Source: Chiloscyllium plagiosum (Eukaryota). From it: 64,000 nucleotides of DNA. Of the stretch, positions 37,056 to 51,509 are shown in pieces; within the stretch, counting starts at the first letter, position 1, and every line of letters starts with the position of its first letter. Location of the stretch: assembly GCF_004010195.1 (NCBI RefSeq), contig NC_057719.1, positions 26,874,418-26,938,417 on the forward strand, read 5' to 3'. Under the pieces are notes generated by a model. It saw nothing but the letters and a program-made list of their open reading frames with translations. It had not been told where the DNA came from and did not search any database. The translations under genes were made by a program, and so were the position numbers.

Positions 37056-39846
37056 ACCACAGCATCAGCCTGACATTGTCATTTTTACAGAATCATACCT
37101 TACAGATAACACCCCAGACACCACTATTACCATCCCTGGATATGTCCTGTCCCACCGGCAGGACAGACACAGTACAGGTTGCGGCACGTTGGTACATAGT
37201 TGGGAGGGAGTTGCCCTGGGAGACCTTGACACCGACTCCAGACCCCATGAAGTCTCATGACTTTAGGTTAAACATGTGCAAGGAAACCTCTTACTGGGTA
37301 CCATGTAGTGTCCTCCTTCGGCGAATGAATTAGTACCTCTCCATGTTGAACAACACTTGGAGGAAGCACTGAGGGGGGCAAGGGTGCAAAATGTACTCTG
37401 GGTGGGGGATTTCAATGTCCACCACCAAATGTGGCTCAGCGGAAGCATTACTAATCAAGCTGGTTGGGTCCTAAAGGATATAACTGCTAGAGTGGGTCTG
37501 CGATGGGTGGTGAAGGAACCAACAAGACGAAAAAACATACTTGACCTCAGATGCAGACGTATCTGTCTATGACAGTATAGTAAAAGTGACCGCCGCACTG
37601 TCCTTGTGGCGATGAAGTCCTGCCTTCACATCGTGAATTACCTCCATCGTGTTGTGTGGCACTATCACTGTGCTAAATGGGACAAACTTCTAACCGATAC
37701 AGCAGCTCAAGACTGGGCATCCATGAAGTGCTGTGGGCTATCAACAGCAGCTGAACTGTATTCCAGCACAATCTATACTCTCATGGCCTGGCACATCCCC
37801 CACTCAACCATTGCCATCAAGTGTGGGGATGAACCCCGGTTCAATGGAGAGTGCAGGAGAGTATGCCAGGTGCAGCATCAGGCATACCTAAATATGAGGT
37901 GTCAACTTGGTGAAGCTACTGAACAGGGCTACTTGTGTGCCAAACGGCATAAACAGCTAGTGATAGACAGAGCTAAGCGATTCCATCACCAACGGAGCAG
38001 ATCTAAGCTCTGCAGTCCTTTCACATCCGTTCATGAATGGTGGTGGACAATTGAACAACTCACTGGAGGAGGAGACTCCACAAATGTCCCCATCCTCAGT
38101 GATGGATCAGTGCAAAAGATAAGGCTGATGCATTCACAACAATTTTCAATCAGACGTGCTGAGTGGATGAAGAATCCTGAGCTCCTCCTGTGGTTCCCAG
38201 GATCACAGATACCAGTCTCCAGCCAATTCGATTCCACGCTATATCAAGAAACAGCTGGAGGCACTGGATGCTGCGAAGGCAATGGCCCTTGATAACATTC
38301 TGGCATTGGTACTGAGGACGTGTGCTCCACATCTTGCTCCTCCCCTAGCCAAGCTGTTCCAGTATAGTTACAACGCTAGCATCTACCCGACAATGTGGAA
38401 AATTGCCCAGATATGTCCTGAACACAAAAAGCAGGACAAATCAAACCCGGCCAATTACTGCCCAATCAGTCTACTCTCCATCATCAGTAAAGGGATGGAA
38501 GGTGTCATCAACAGTGCTATCAAGTGGCACCTGCTCAGCAATAACCTGCTCAGTGACACCAAATTTGAGTTTCGCCAAGGTCACTCGCTCCTGACCTCAT
38601 TATAGTCTTGGTTCAAACATGGACAAAAGAGCTGAGTTCCAGAGGTGAGGTGAGAGTGATAGCCCTTGACATCAAGGCCGCATTTGACCAAGTATGACGT
38701 CAAGAAACCCTGCCAAAACTGGAATCAATGGGTATTGAGGGCAAACATCCACTGGTTAGAGTCATACCTGGCACAAAGGAAGATGGTTGTAGTTGTGCAG
38801 AGTCAGTCATCTCAGCTCCAGGCCATCTCTTCAGGAGTCCCTCAGGGTCGTGTTCCAGGCCCAACAATCTTCAGCTGTTCAATCAATGACCTTCCCCCTG
38901 TCATAAGGTAAAAAGTGAGGATGTTTGCACAGTGTCGCCAATGATTGCATAGTGTTCAGCACCATTCACAACTCCTCAGGTACTGAAGCAGTCTGTGCTG
39001 AAATTCAACAAGATCTGGACAATATCCAGGCTTGGACTGATAAGTGGCAAGTAACATTCGGACCACACAAATGTCAGACAGTAACCATCATCGATAAGAG
39101 ACACTCAAACCACCACCGCTTGCCATTCAACAGTGTTGCCATCACTGAATCCCCCACTGTCAACATCCTTGGGGTTACCATTGACCAGAAACTCAGCTGG
39201 ACTCACCACATAAACACAGTGACTACAAGAGCATGTCAGAGACTAGAGATACTCCTCAAAGCCTGTCCATCACCTACAAGGCACAAGTCAGGAGTGTGAT
39301 GGAAACACCCTACTTGCCTGGGTGTGTGCATCTCCAACAACACTCAAGAAGCGTGACACTATCCAGGACAAAGCATCCCGCTTGATTAGCACCATATCAA
39401 CAAACATTCAAACCCACTACCACTGGCACGCTCAGTAGCAGCAGTGTGTACTATTTACAAGATACACTGCAGAAATTCACCAAAGATCCTCAGACAGCAT
39501 CTTCCAAACCCACAACCACTTCCACCTAAAAGGACAAGGACTCAGGTACTTGGGAACACCACCACCTGCAAGTTCCTCCAAGCCACGCACCACTCTGACT
39601 TGGAAATATACCACCGTTCCTTCACAGTCGTTGGGTCAAAATCATGGAATTCCCTCCCTACCAGCATTGTGGGTCAACCTTCTTGGACCTGTTACATTGA
39701 ACCTCGGATTAAGGATATGGAAGATAAATTATAGATACCTGAGCTAATTATAGAAGGCAGCTCACCACCACCTTCTCAAGGGCAAGTAAGGATGGGTTAT
39801 CAATGCTGGCCAGCCAGTGATGCCCAAGTCCTACAAATGAATAAAA
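37056..39846 (+). mobile_element. CR1/L2-group LINE, about 2.8 kb, AP endonuclease + RT, frameshifted
   Basis: QPDIVIFTESYL, LWVGDFNVHH, KQDKSNPANYCPISLLSIISKGME, SGVPQG.VPGPTIFS..INDLP, NILGVTIDQKLSWTHHI; ends aatgaataaaaa. Confidence 0.92.
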
Positions 39847-42800
39847 AGTGAGAAGTCATTTGTCTTATTGTGTCTGTGGCAGTTCTTTAAAAATACAATC
39901 ACTGCTCTTTCCCCATAGCAAAGAAGTATTTCCATTTCAAATATTTGTGCATTTTCAGTTTTGTTTCCAAGCAAAAGGGCCACTAAACTGATAGTATCTA
40001 CAGCCATCCTTTGTGTTTGGTGAGGCTGTGCAGGCTAAACTAAGCTACGTCAATGCAGAACATATGATTAGGAGCAGACTGCAAACACTGGCCAATGAAT
40101 CAAGACAAGACTTAAGATTCCTTTTGATGATCGCCCTATTGAACAGTTGCATTGCTGACTATAGAACTTTTTTGCTCTTGTTCTCAGTGGGATCATCATC
40201 CATGGGAGCTGATGACATATTGTTACTTAGAAACCATCTGTTGATATTACTTTGAGCTCCTCAAGGAACAATGATATCTCATTTGCAAACGATGAATGCA
40301 TTGTGACAACTGTCGGCAAATTTCAAATAAAAACGGAAAATTCTTGAAATGCTCAGCATGTCAGGCAGCACCTGTGGAGAGAAGATGGTTAGGATTAATA
40401 TTTCAAATATTTAACCAGATCTCTGAGTGTTCAGAGCTTTCTTTGTTTTAATTTAATTTAATTTTTTCCAGCGTTGCTTTTTGTCTGGTTGTTACTAGTG
40501 ATTTAATTGGATGCCATACACTGCATTTTCATTCTTTTCCGTCATTGTTCATCAGTTATCTGAATTGTTGATAATAAGAACATGAATTGCAGTTCATGAA
40601 TACTGACATTTTGGTATATAGGTAAAGCTTTTTCTATAATTATGCTCATAATCTTAATGTGTTGACATGCTGAATTTTTCACCTTGTCACAGACACTGCA
40701 CATTCAGACAGTTGAGTGCACCTCTGTTGTGGCAATTGATGGAATTCATTTCAGCAGGAAACAAAACAAATAGAGAAGAACAAGTAGGAAAGGGAAGCTC
40801 AGAAGACTGAAACAGGTAGAAGAGTTAGAGGATTATCAAAAAATCATGGAGCAGACTTGATGGGTTGAATGGAACAGAGATATAAATAGACTTTTGAATT
40901 CATGGAAAATGGGATCTGTAATCTCTTTACATCTATATTACCATCCAGGAAAGTGTGAAGTGCCATGACTATAACATTCCTCACGTAAGCTTGCCACAGG
41001 GCATTGCAAGGGGGGAGACTTGGAAGCCAAGAAGGTAGCAAAGGACTTGAGGGTCGGAGGGGGGGGGGGGGGGGTGTTTGTTTGGGAAGAGATGAAGCTT
41101 GAGAGGGTTGAAAGGTGAAGCAATCTTGGAAATGTTAAAAAGGACATTGGCAGAATGCCTGAGAAAACATAGAAGTGATCTCTGGCAGGAGGGAAGTTAG
41201 TCAACAGGTACTGTGGCACTGTTTTGGAGATCAGAACATAAAGATAAGGACTCTGGAGTCATATGTAACTTTGTTTTGTGAATGAGAATACAGCAGAAAG
41301 CTTTTTAATCTTTCCTAACTAGGTGAGCACATTTGTTTATATTTAAACTTGTGAAAAACCAGTTTCACAAACACTGAACAATTGCTCTGTAACCTGTAGT
41401 TTGCAAATGCTGACAATATTAATAATGCATGTAAAATTGAACAAAGCTACAAAAAATAGGCCAATGTTATAATAACCTTTTCTTTTACAAAATGAATAAA
41501 TTACATCTGTAACCGATGAAGTATTATAATTACTTGCAAAGAATAGATAATGATGGCTAATAATTTGAAATCACTGAAACAAATGGAATCACTTCCCTTT
41601 TCTATCTGATACATTCCTGAATAACACATTGTTGGTAGGCAAAGTTCTAATCACGTTAGAATTCACAAAGAAACAGCAGCAGAACAGTGACGGGAAAAAT
41701 TGTTTGAACAGTTTAAATGTAAAAATATTTCCGAGGTGGACAATCATACTTAGCAAATGATTGTCGATGATGATGACGATGCAAAAAGATTCAAGCTAAT
41801 AAAATCAGTGTGTTGGAATCTTGGTGCTACAGTATTTAATATTGTTTTAAAAAACATTAGGACGAAATAACTTGGTCTAATGGAAATGATTTACTGGTGA
41901 TTTAGTTGGTTTCCATATATTTCATTTCAATATTTTTTACTTTATTGGTCATTGGTTCAACTAGAAATAAGAAAATGAAGTTACAATTTCTGTATATTGG
42001 TATTTCTCTATATGACTGAAACGTTGTCATAATTAAACTGGGATTTTGTCTGAGAAGCATTTCGTATATTTATGGTAGAATTGAAATAATTTACTCTCAT
42101 TTCAATAGAACAATGTGACAGTATCTCCAAATGCTTACATCTTATTATGATTTTCTTTTTTTTATTGCTACTCCCTTAGGCTTAATAGCTTCAAGTCATT
42201 AATTTTGATTTCTGCAGATAATGTTTTTACTGCATTCTCTGGTCTGTGTAAATCATCTATTTCTCAGTTGTTTTATCATACAGTTATATCATTTACATAA
42301 ACCCAGTAACATTCCAATGTGCTTTTCTCAATGATGGAATATTACAAATATTGCTTGACTTGCCTCAAGTTTCCTGGCACTGACTGTAATTGCAGACTTT
42401 CTGTTGGTAATGGTCTGTATAATGCAATCAGTTGGCATTTTCAGTTTTGTGAGCATAAATTGTTTTCTTTATCATATTTTGTAAATATGTCACTTAATGC
42501 AGTGTTGAAAGGAAATGAGTCGTGAAATCTCACAAAATGTTCCACTCTCTGGCAGAATTAAAACGTAATACATTTGCAATATCAGAAATTGCCACCAAAC
42601 AGTAATCATCACCTCTATTGTTTATTTTGTCCTCATTTTTTGTCATTTAATTTTTCTTTTGCACCTCCTCTATGGTAGCTATAAAAGGAGAATTGTGTTA
42701 CATTTTATACCTGTCACCCCATTTATTTGTAATTTACCAGCACCAATCAGGCACAGTATCCAGCCTGTTGATTGCTATCCTGTCAGGTGGATAGCAATAA

Positions 42801-43247
42801 TTTAGATACACTGTACAGACATTTCCTCATATTAAGTGAGAATGATTAATGCTGTGACATTCACATTCCTTTTTCACTGTGTTATTTAAACTTTTTAAAA
42901 AGCAAATTCAAAGAAAAAAAATTGCCATCTTATTAACTAGTCTAGTTTGGGGAAAATGGAAGGTTTGAATTACTTTTGAAACAAATTAATGCTGAGATGT
43001 ATTGGAGTACATTTTGGAATAGAATGCGCTATGAAGGATATCAATTGTGCTTAACTTCTGAGATAAGAACTCTAGGTATAGCTAACTGGTAAAAATAAAA
43101 TAATACCTGTCTCCATAAAATAGGACAGAAGTATCCTAAATGCTTTTTTAAAAAAGGTACTGGAGTTATAATTTGCTTGCCCAATCCAGGAAAGTAGCAA
43201 AAGCTGACCAATAATTTCAAAAACTCTGCACAAATCAAATTACCATG

Positions 43248-45258
43248 AATACCAGTCTTCACCATTTTAAAACAAGAGTTCAGGGACAGTATGTTTCTGT
43301 CAGTGTGAAGGGCAAGGCTGGTAGGTGTAGGGAATGTTGGATGACTAAAGTAACTGAGGCTCTGGTTAAGAAACAGAAGGAGGCACATATCAGGTATATT
43401 CGGCTGGGATCGAGTGAATCCCCTGAGGAGAATAAGGGCAGTAGGAATATACTTAAGAGGGAAATCAGGAGGGTAAAAAGGGGACATGAGATAGCTTTGG
43501 CAAATCAAGTTAAGAAAAATCCAAGAGATTATATAATTACATTAAGAGCAAAGAAAAAATTAGGGAGAGAATAGGGCCCTTTGAAGATCAACATGGCTGT
43601 CTATGTGTGGAACCACAGGAGATGGGTGAGCTACTAAACAAATATTTTGTATCAGTATTTACTGTTGAGAAGGACATGGAAGCTAGGGAACTTGGGGAAA
43701 TAAATAGTGATTCTTGAAAAGAGTTCATATGATAGAAGAGGAGGTGCTGGAGTCCTTAAAATGTATAAAGGTAGATAAATCCCAAGGACCTGATCAGGTG
43801 TTTCCCACATCTTTGTGCGATGCGAGGGAAAAGATTGCTGGGCCCCTTGCTGAGATATTTGTATCATCGACAACCATGGGTGAGGTGCTGGAAGATTGGA
43901 GGTTGGCTAATGCGGTGCCATTATTTTAAGAAAGGCTGTAAGGAAAAGCCAGAGAACAATAGACTGATGAGCCTTAAGTCAGTGGTGGATAAGTTGTTGG
44001 AGGGAGTTCTGAGGAACAAAATTTACATGCATTTGGAAAGGCAAGGACTGACTAGGGATAGTCAACATGGGTCAGTGGTGGGAAATCATGTCTCACTAAC
44101 TTGAGTTTTTTAAAGAGGCGACAAAGAAAATTGAAGGCAGAGTGGTAGATGTTGACTATATGGACTTCAGTAAAGTGTTGAACAAGATTCCGCATGGTAG
44201 GCTTGTTAGTAAGTTTAGGTCACATGGGATCCAGGGAGAGCTAGCAAATTGGCTACAAAATTGGCTTGAAGGTGGGAGACAGAAGGTGGTCTCAGACTGG
44301 AGACCTATGACCAGCAGTGTGCTGCAACGATCGGTGCAGGTCCACTGCTTTTCATCATTTATATTAATTATTTGTATATGAATGTAAGAGGTATGGTTAG
44401 TAAGTTTGTAGATGACATCAAATCAGTGTGTAGTGGACATGATCTCAGAGTACAATGGGACTTTGATCAGATGGGCCAATGGGACAAGGAGTGGCAGACG
44501 TTTAATTTGGATAAATGTGGGCTGTTGCATTTTGGCAAGGCCAACCAGGGCAGGGCATACACGGTTAATGGTAGAGCCCTGGGGAATATTGCTAAACAAA
44601 GAGATCTAGGCCTACAGGTGCACAGTGCCTTGAAAGTGATGTCAAAGGTAGACAGGGTGGTGAAGAAGACGTTTAGCAAGGTTGCCTTCATTGATCAGAA
44701 CATTGAGTATAGGAGTTGGGATGTCATGTTGCAGCTGTACAGGACATTGGTGAGGCCACTTTTAGAGTTTTGCATACAATTCTGGTCACCCTTCTATAGG
44801 AGAGATGTTGTTAAACGTGAGATGGTGCAGAAAGAATTTGCAAGCATGTTGCTGGTACTGGAGGGTTTGAGTTATAGGGAGAGGCTGGGGCTTTTCTCCC
44901 TGGAATGTCAGAGGCTAAGAGGAGACTTCATCGAAGTTTATATAATCATGAGGGACATGAATAGGGTGAATAGTCAATGTCTTTTCCCCAGTGTAGGGGA
45001 ATCCAAAATTAGGGGGCACAGGTTGAAGGTGAGAAGGGAAAGATTTAAAAGGGACCTAAGGGGCAACTTTTTCATGCAGAGGGTGGTGCATGCATGGAAT
45101 GAGCTGAAGAGGAAGTGCTGGTACAATTACAATGTTTAAAAGGCATCTGGATGGGTAATGAATAGAAAAGGTTTAAAGGGATATTGGCTAAATGCTGGCA
45201 AATGGGACAAGGTCAGATTGGGAAGTCTGTTTCTGGACTGTATGATTCTATGACTCTA
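43248..45258 (+). mobile_element. CR1 LINE, about 2 kb 5'-truncated ORF2 (RT)
   Basis: DKSQGPDQ, EDWRLANAVPLFKKG, DYMDFSKVLNKIPHGRL, LYRTLVRPLLEFCIQFWSP, RLRGDFIEVY; tatgattc tail. Confidence 0.95.
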
Positions 45259-45692
45259 AATGATTACTTTGAAACTACTGTGGGAAATGCTCTTCTTTCA
45301 AATGAAGCTGCAATTCTGTCCAACATTTGTTCATTGATATAGACAGAAACAAAAGCAAGTATGCAAAGGTTGATAAGGTGTATAATTGTGATTTTGCAAG
45401 ACTCCACTGGCAAAAAGACATCTACTAGTGCAGTTTGAAAGTCGAGTTTTAGACATTACATAGCATGCTTAATTTTCTGATCCATGATTTTGGTTGAAGT
45501 AAAGGTCTAGCACTCCTGCCAAGATAAACCCCATTTCCATTGGTAAATTATTGAAATTGAGACCCATAATGAATTGTTCTAGTTCAATTAAGACAAAACT
45601 CTCTACATGCACATTAGTCATTGCGCAGCAGAGGAATTAATTTGGATTATTTTGAAGTGTCCCCTAAATTCCAGATATTTATTGAATTCAAT

Positions 45693-45693
<1 letters not shown>

Positions 45694-45734
<41 letters not shown>
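45694..45734. repeat. (GT)20 microsatellite
   Basis: Perfect GT run. Confidence 0.97.
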
Positions 45735-45737
<3 letters not shown>

Positions 45738-45822
45738 TTAATTTGGACTGACTTGTTCTTGATACTGAGCTATATAGTCTAAAATCTGGCACTATTTCCA
45801 TTCTTCTGAATTCAAACTTTAT

Positions 45823-46392
45823 TGTGGTTCCAGGCCAGGCACTTTTAAAATATTTTAAGAAGGTAGCCTAGACTCTAACTTTTTCTTATTTATAGGCAGA
45901 TGAGAAGTGGGTGTGCCAGGTGTGACGTAGCTAGTCAAACCACTCAGCTTTAAGCAAAACAGAGTTTATTTAAACACTACAGTTGAAACATAAACAAAGG
46001 AAAGCGGAATTTAGATCAAAACTTAACTGTTGGAAAACGTAACCAACCCGATGCAGCAACTATTACTAATTAACTGTTCCAATACAGTAACATATCATAA
46101 CCATACCACTGGGCAAAAAAGCATAAATGCAAACACAGATTCGTATGGCTGAAGGGAACAACATGCAGAGAGATATTTCAGAGAAATCCTTTACTGAAGC
46201 TTGCAACACTTCTGGATTCCAACATCTTGTGACTGCTACAGCCAAAACCAAAACTAGAAAAAATCTGAACTGGGGGAACTGGCCAATCCCCTTCCATGAT
46301 TAAAGTCCCTGGATGCTTCGGCATCTCTGCCTTTACGATTTCTTTTAAAAAAAAGGACAAAATAACCTTTTAAAAGTGACAGCATCATCACA
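45823..46392. mobile_element. Probable solo LTR
   Basis: TGTG...CACA termini and LTR-like composition. TSD not convincing. Confidence 0.45.
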
Positions 46393-46729
46393 CAATAGAG
46401 GCATAAACCAATGTAGATTGTAGGAAAGCGAAATCAATGCTCTGTACAACTTTCGTGGCTTAACTACCTGAGCAGAAGCAGAAAAACAATTGTATCTTAG
46501 AACTACACGCATTCTGTTATTTCAAAGATTTATACACTTAGTTTGCCATTTGTCTAGGACTAACAAACCTTTGCTCACATATATGACAAACCTCAGAGAC
46601 TGCATTCATTTGGTCATGAATCTTTTCTTGTTTCTACAGTTCCCAAATGTTTACTGAAAATGCTGCATTCATCATGTGCACCGTGCTGTTAAATCTTTTG
46701 CTCCCTTCAATGGAACATTTGCAGGAAAA

Positions 46730-48170
46730 AAAAGTCTTAAAGATGTGTAGCAGCCACTTGAGAGTTGTATATTCAATATTCTGATTTTCTACCAAACAGC
46801 TTTCAAAACTGCTCTTTTTCCATGTGTGAAGAGTCTTATCTGATCATTGCAAGGAGTGGGTGATGGACTTCAGTGCAGTTCTTTGATGCTCAATTCAGAA
46901 TACCTTGAACATGGTTTATTTCGGAGCCAGACTATTGGATATGTATGGCGGCACAAACATGCATTTCATGTGAGTGTTGATGTGGCTTCAGAGCCAGCAG
47001 ATCAAAAGCAAACTTGATTTTCTCATTTCAGCAGTTACAAAACTGCTGTGAGCAGTGTAGACTATTCCATATTGCCTTCATAGACCTCGGCAAGGCCTTC
47101 AACAGCAATAGAGATGGAGTCCTAGACTCTTGCCATCATTTTTTCTTTCCATCAGGATATGTGTATTTATGTTAGATTCAGTCAAGTATGTCATCAAAGG
47201 CTTTTAACGTCAGCAATAGAGTTCAGCAGGACTGGTGCTCTCTCTTGGCATATTTTTCTGTACACTGCTATTGTATGCCTTCTGCAACTGAAACAAAGGT
47301 GTGTAGCTGCAGGCCGGAGCTGATGCCAAGTTTTTCAACTTGTAAAAGTTTAGGCTAACAACAAAGTCTTTACTGACTTGACAACCTGTACTGAAGCTGA
47401 CTGACAGCAGCTTATAGCCCTGATCATCAGCATCTGAAAGACCAAAGTTATGGGGCTAGGATGTATAGATTCTACCTTCCATCAATGTTGATACCCTCCC
47501 TCTGAAGGATCGACAATTACCAGCAATTTGTCCCTTGAAGCAAAACAACCAAAATTTCTAAGCACTGTGTTTATTAGGCTTATGTTCTCTGCACCCTCCT
47601 TAGAGCAGCGAGGCTTGGACAACTTCTGTCAGCCAAGAAAAGCAGCGGAACAACGTCCAACTCTACTGCCTGTCCTGAATTTTATGATCTCCTGGCAAAA
47701 GAGAGCTTTGACAAAGGGTCAGTTAGACTCGAAATGTCAGCTCTTTTCTCTCCTTACAGATGTTGCCAGACCTGCTAAGATTTTCCAGCATTTTCTCTTT
47801 TGGTGGCAAAAGAGAGTGCTGGGCATGGAAGGCCACCAGTGTGCAGGGATCCATGGCATTTCTGCGCAGGTATTAGCTAGGCCATGTGAGCCAAATTGAT
47901 GGTGGTCACATCCCCAAAGACATTCTGTATGGCGGGCTTTACCCAGCTCACCCCCAACTGTTTTACAAGGATGTCTGCAAGCTAGACCTCAAATTGTCTG
48001 GGTCGGGAATGCCTGAAAGCAAAGGACAAAAAATAAAAGACCTGATGCTAGAAATTGAGAACCCGTTGGAAGGAGGAAATTTCAGTTACCTTGGGTCAAT
48101 GCAATTCACCTGTACTGACTATGGAAGGGATTGGCACTCTTGAATTGGCCCAAGCAGCCACAACAAACCA
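46730..48170 (+). mobile_element. RTE-clade LINE relic
   Basis: 46981-47118 encodes CGFRASRSKANLIFSFQQLQNCCEQCRLFHIAFIDLGKAFNSNRDG; about 47880 encodes GHVSQIDGGHIPKDILYG. Both are typical RTE/BovB motifs. Confidence 0.8.
47706..47803 (+). mobile_element. Short HHR-like insert (GGGTC family, variant core)
   Basis: 13 bp TSD tggcaaaagagag at 47693-47705 and 47804-47816. Reads agagct-TTGACAA-a-gggtc agtta gactc-GAAA-tg-TC-agctct. Confidence 0.75.
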
Positions 48171-49165
48171 AGTTCAAAGCAAAGTGATAGATTCAACCCT
48201 AGATAGAGATCATCTCCCAAGATAGCTGGATGCAACTGCAAATGATATCCAGATTGTTCTCCTTTTTCCAGATGGGAATCCTATTCTTTTTATCATGAAT
48301 ACTTGTCAATAATGATTTAACATTCCAAGAAAAAAGACATTTAGAATATTAGAAGTAGTTGTAAAGTCTAGGTAATCTATCTATTTATCATAAAATGAAA
48401 TGAGCTTTTAAATTTGAATGTTGTTACTTGTCATCATTCATTACTCTTAGTAGCTGAGTCTCGTGTCAAATTCAATAGAGCACATGGTCCAGTACCATCA
48501 TTCTATCTAGAGGCCCTGAAATGCTGCAGAAGCCAAATCCTTTCTTGTTTCAATGTGTCCTGCTAAATGCAGGAGCCACAGGAAGTGGCTTTATGATTCA
48601 GTGTTTTATGATTTTTGTGCTGTATGTGATGACCTTTGCAGAGCTCAGGACCTTTGAATCTCCAACTGAACTTCATCAGTAAGGGGATGAACAATAAGTC
48701 TGAATGGCTGACTGTGTATAACACACACACTGGCATCAAAATGTACAGCAGCCTGAAGCTCTTATTTCACAATTTGTTTTGTTTCGAATAGACATTTTTA
48801 AACAAAACCTGTAGGGTCACATTTGTAAATATATTCTGATTTTCTTCTATTGTTATTACATAAGCTCTGACTAAATTACAAATGTTTCATTCATTTCTGC
48901 CTTTCTGTACTGTCCTGGCTTTTTCCAGCTGCAGCTCTGGGATTTCTCTCATCCTCCTTGCAACCAGTTCCATCTTTAAGTTTCCAACTTTATCTTAAGC
49001 AGCACACCTCGGAGTACTCTACTCCAATGTGTGGCTGTAGTGTCCTGAAGTAATTGTGTTTCCTCGGACTTGTTGCCCTGTGATGAGTGACTTTTGCTCG
49101 TCGCATGAGTAGCACCACTGAGCTGAAGTGGCTCTTAGGCTAACCTTGGAGGAGACTGGGAAATT

Positions 49166-49294
49166 CCTGATGAAGGGCTTTTGCCCGAAACGTTGATTTT
49201 CCTGCTCCTCGGATGCTGCCTGAACTGCTGTGCTTTTCCAGCACCACTCTAATCTAGAATCTGGTTTCCAGCATCTGCAGTCCTTGTTTTTACC
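49166..49294 (+). mobile_element. Single-arm HHR-bearing insert (GGGC family), sense to KCNH5
   Basis: 10 bp TSD ctgggaaatt at 49156-49165 and 49295-49304. CTGATGA(49167)-a-gggc tttt gccc-GAAA-cg-TT-gatt. Confidence 0.85.
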
Positions 49295-49386
49295 CTGGGA
49301 AATTTGCATGACTATTGAGTTCCAATGAGCACAATAGCCCAAATGCTCATTGTGAACACAAATGCGGATGGTTGCCAATGATTATG

Positions 49387-49715
49387 GGGCAGCACAATGG
49401 CTCAGTGGTTAGCATTACTGCCTTACAGCACCAGGGATCTGTCTGTGTGGAGTTTGCACATTCTTCCCATGTTAACATGAGTTTCCTCCAGGTGCTCCAG
49501 TTTCCTCCCACAGTCCAAAGATGTGTCCGTTATGTGGATTGGCCATGCTAAATTGCCCATAGTGTTCAGGGTTGTGCAGGCTAGGTGGATTAATCATGGG
49601 AAATGCAGGATTGCGGGAATAGAGTGGAGGGTGGATCTGGGCGGGATGGTCTTTGGAGAGTCAGTGTGGACTCGATGGGCAGAATGGCCTGCTTACACAC
49701 TGTAGGGATTCTATA
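49387..49715 (+). mobile_element. HE1-type SINE
   Basis: Shared SINE head, core and tail. Confidence 0.85.
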
Positions 49716-49950
49716 ATCATCATATAACAGTTCTGCAATGCACACTTACGACCATATTACATGTAGCATGAGCAGGTAAGGTGCATAAAATATTCCCGTA
49801 ATGATTTACATATAAATATCTTTATTGAATAAATCTGTAAGATACTTACACGATGATGCAACTGTTTCTAAATGTCATTTTCCCTCCTGTTTCCTGTTGA
49901 TTACAATTCTAAGATTAGAGCACATCATCAACAAAAGCAGGAATAGGTGA

Positions 49951-50100
<150 letters not shown>

Positions 50101-51509
50101 TAATTGCAATACAATTAAAAATTCAAATAATTTGTGATTTTCCTTGGAATAAATTGAAAGTATTAGCGTTTAAAATATTTTTTAAAGTAGTTCCTTTTTT
50201 TGCATTCTCTAGTTACTGAATTGTGCATTTTCTAATGTATCAGTTGCTTTAGACTATATTTGTTATTGTGACATTGCAATCAGAATGGCTGTTTTTAATT
50301 TATTAAAAGCCATTTGTTTCTTGCTGAGATTTAATTCCAATCCAATCTGCATTTTCATGGATCCGTTTGAATAAGTGAGATACCCTCATCATTCCTTTAG
50401 CAGCGTTTCATAAATGACTTATTGCATAAACTCTGCTGAGCAAATCCCCAGCAAGTCTTTTGGTTCATCTATGTTTTCCCATCTAGGTGCCTACCATTGC
50501 CAAGGAAGACCCTGCACCTAACCACCCTCAGTTTCATTAAAATGTAGAATATGCATTAGTTGAAGATGTATAAATACTATTGAATGTAGTGTATTCTGTT
50601 AAAAAGACCCTCTTTAAAAAAAAAACTTCATCATTTATAAAGTGGATGAGATACCAAAGTTTGAACCACATCATCTTGGCTTTGTGTTTGTATGCTTGAC
50701 GTTAATTTTACTATTTGGTTGTTCAGCCTGTTTGTTTTACTGCAGTACCATAAATGGCTCTCCTTATGGATAATTTCAGAAATATTTTTGAATGGTCCGT
50801 CATGAAAATGCTTTTAAAATCAGAAGTATATAATGGCTTTGTATCTTTAAAAAGTAACATTTTAGTTAAAGAGCAATGATCAAAATATGAGCGAGATATT
50901 TTGATCTGTATCACAATGTGGAAAATGCATCCATAACACTGCATCCCATAGATATGGAATGCAGACTCTGCAACATCGTTGTTAACAATCTTATCTGTAA
51001 AATGCACTAGCACGATACAACAAATAATATTGCCATTGTAAGCGCTAGTCTGTCTTGTTTTGAAGTTGAGTAATGTATTGGATGGTAACAATGCCTGTTC
51101 TATTTTAGACTTGCAGTGATATTCTTAAACCTGCTGTATTTATTCTTAGTAAGTTATTTGGGTCAGATTATATCTATGTTGAAGATTTATTATAAAACCT
51201 CCTTCAATAGTCTTTTATGATTTTTTTGTCAAAGTACACAAAATGTAACTCATCAGTACAGTAAGATACAAAACACAATGACACACATGCAAGATAATGA
51301 AATACAATGATAATTAGGAACTCTATTATCAGTGATCTTATGATAATGTCAGAACAAGTTGTAACCACTTCCTGAGTATGTTGGGTCTCACAAATGTCTG
51401 TTCCCCCTTACCTTTTCTAGTTAAACATTATGTTTGATAAAGCCTGTTAATATTTACTTAGCTGAGTGCAAACCTGATTGTACTGTAACACAACCTAAAC
51501 TTTATCATA

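Noticed and set aside
44372..45139. 255 aa ORF as a functional reverse transcriptase
   Set aside because: C-terminal piece of a frameshifted CR1 ORF2.
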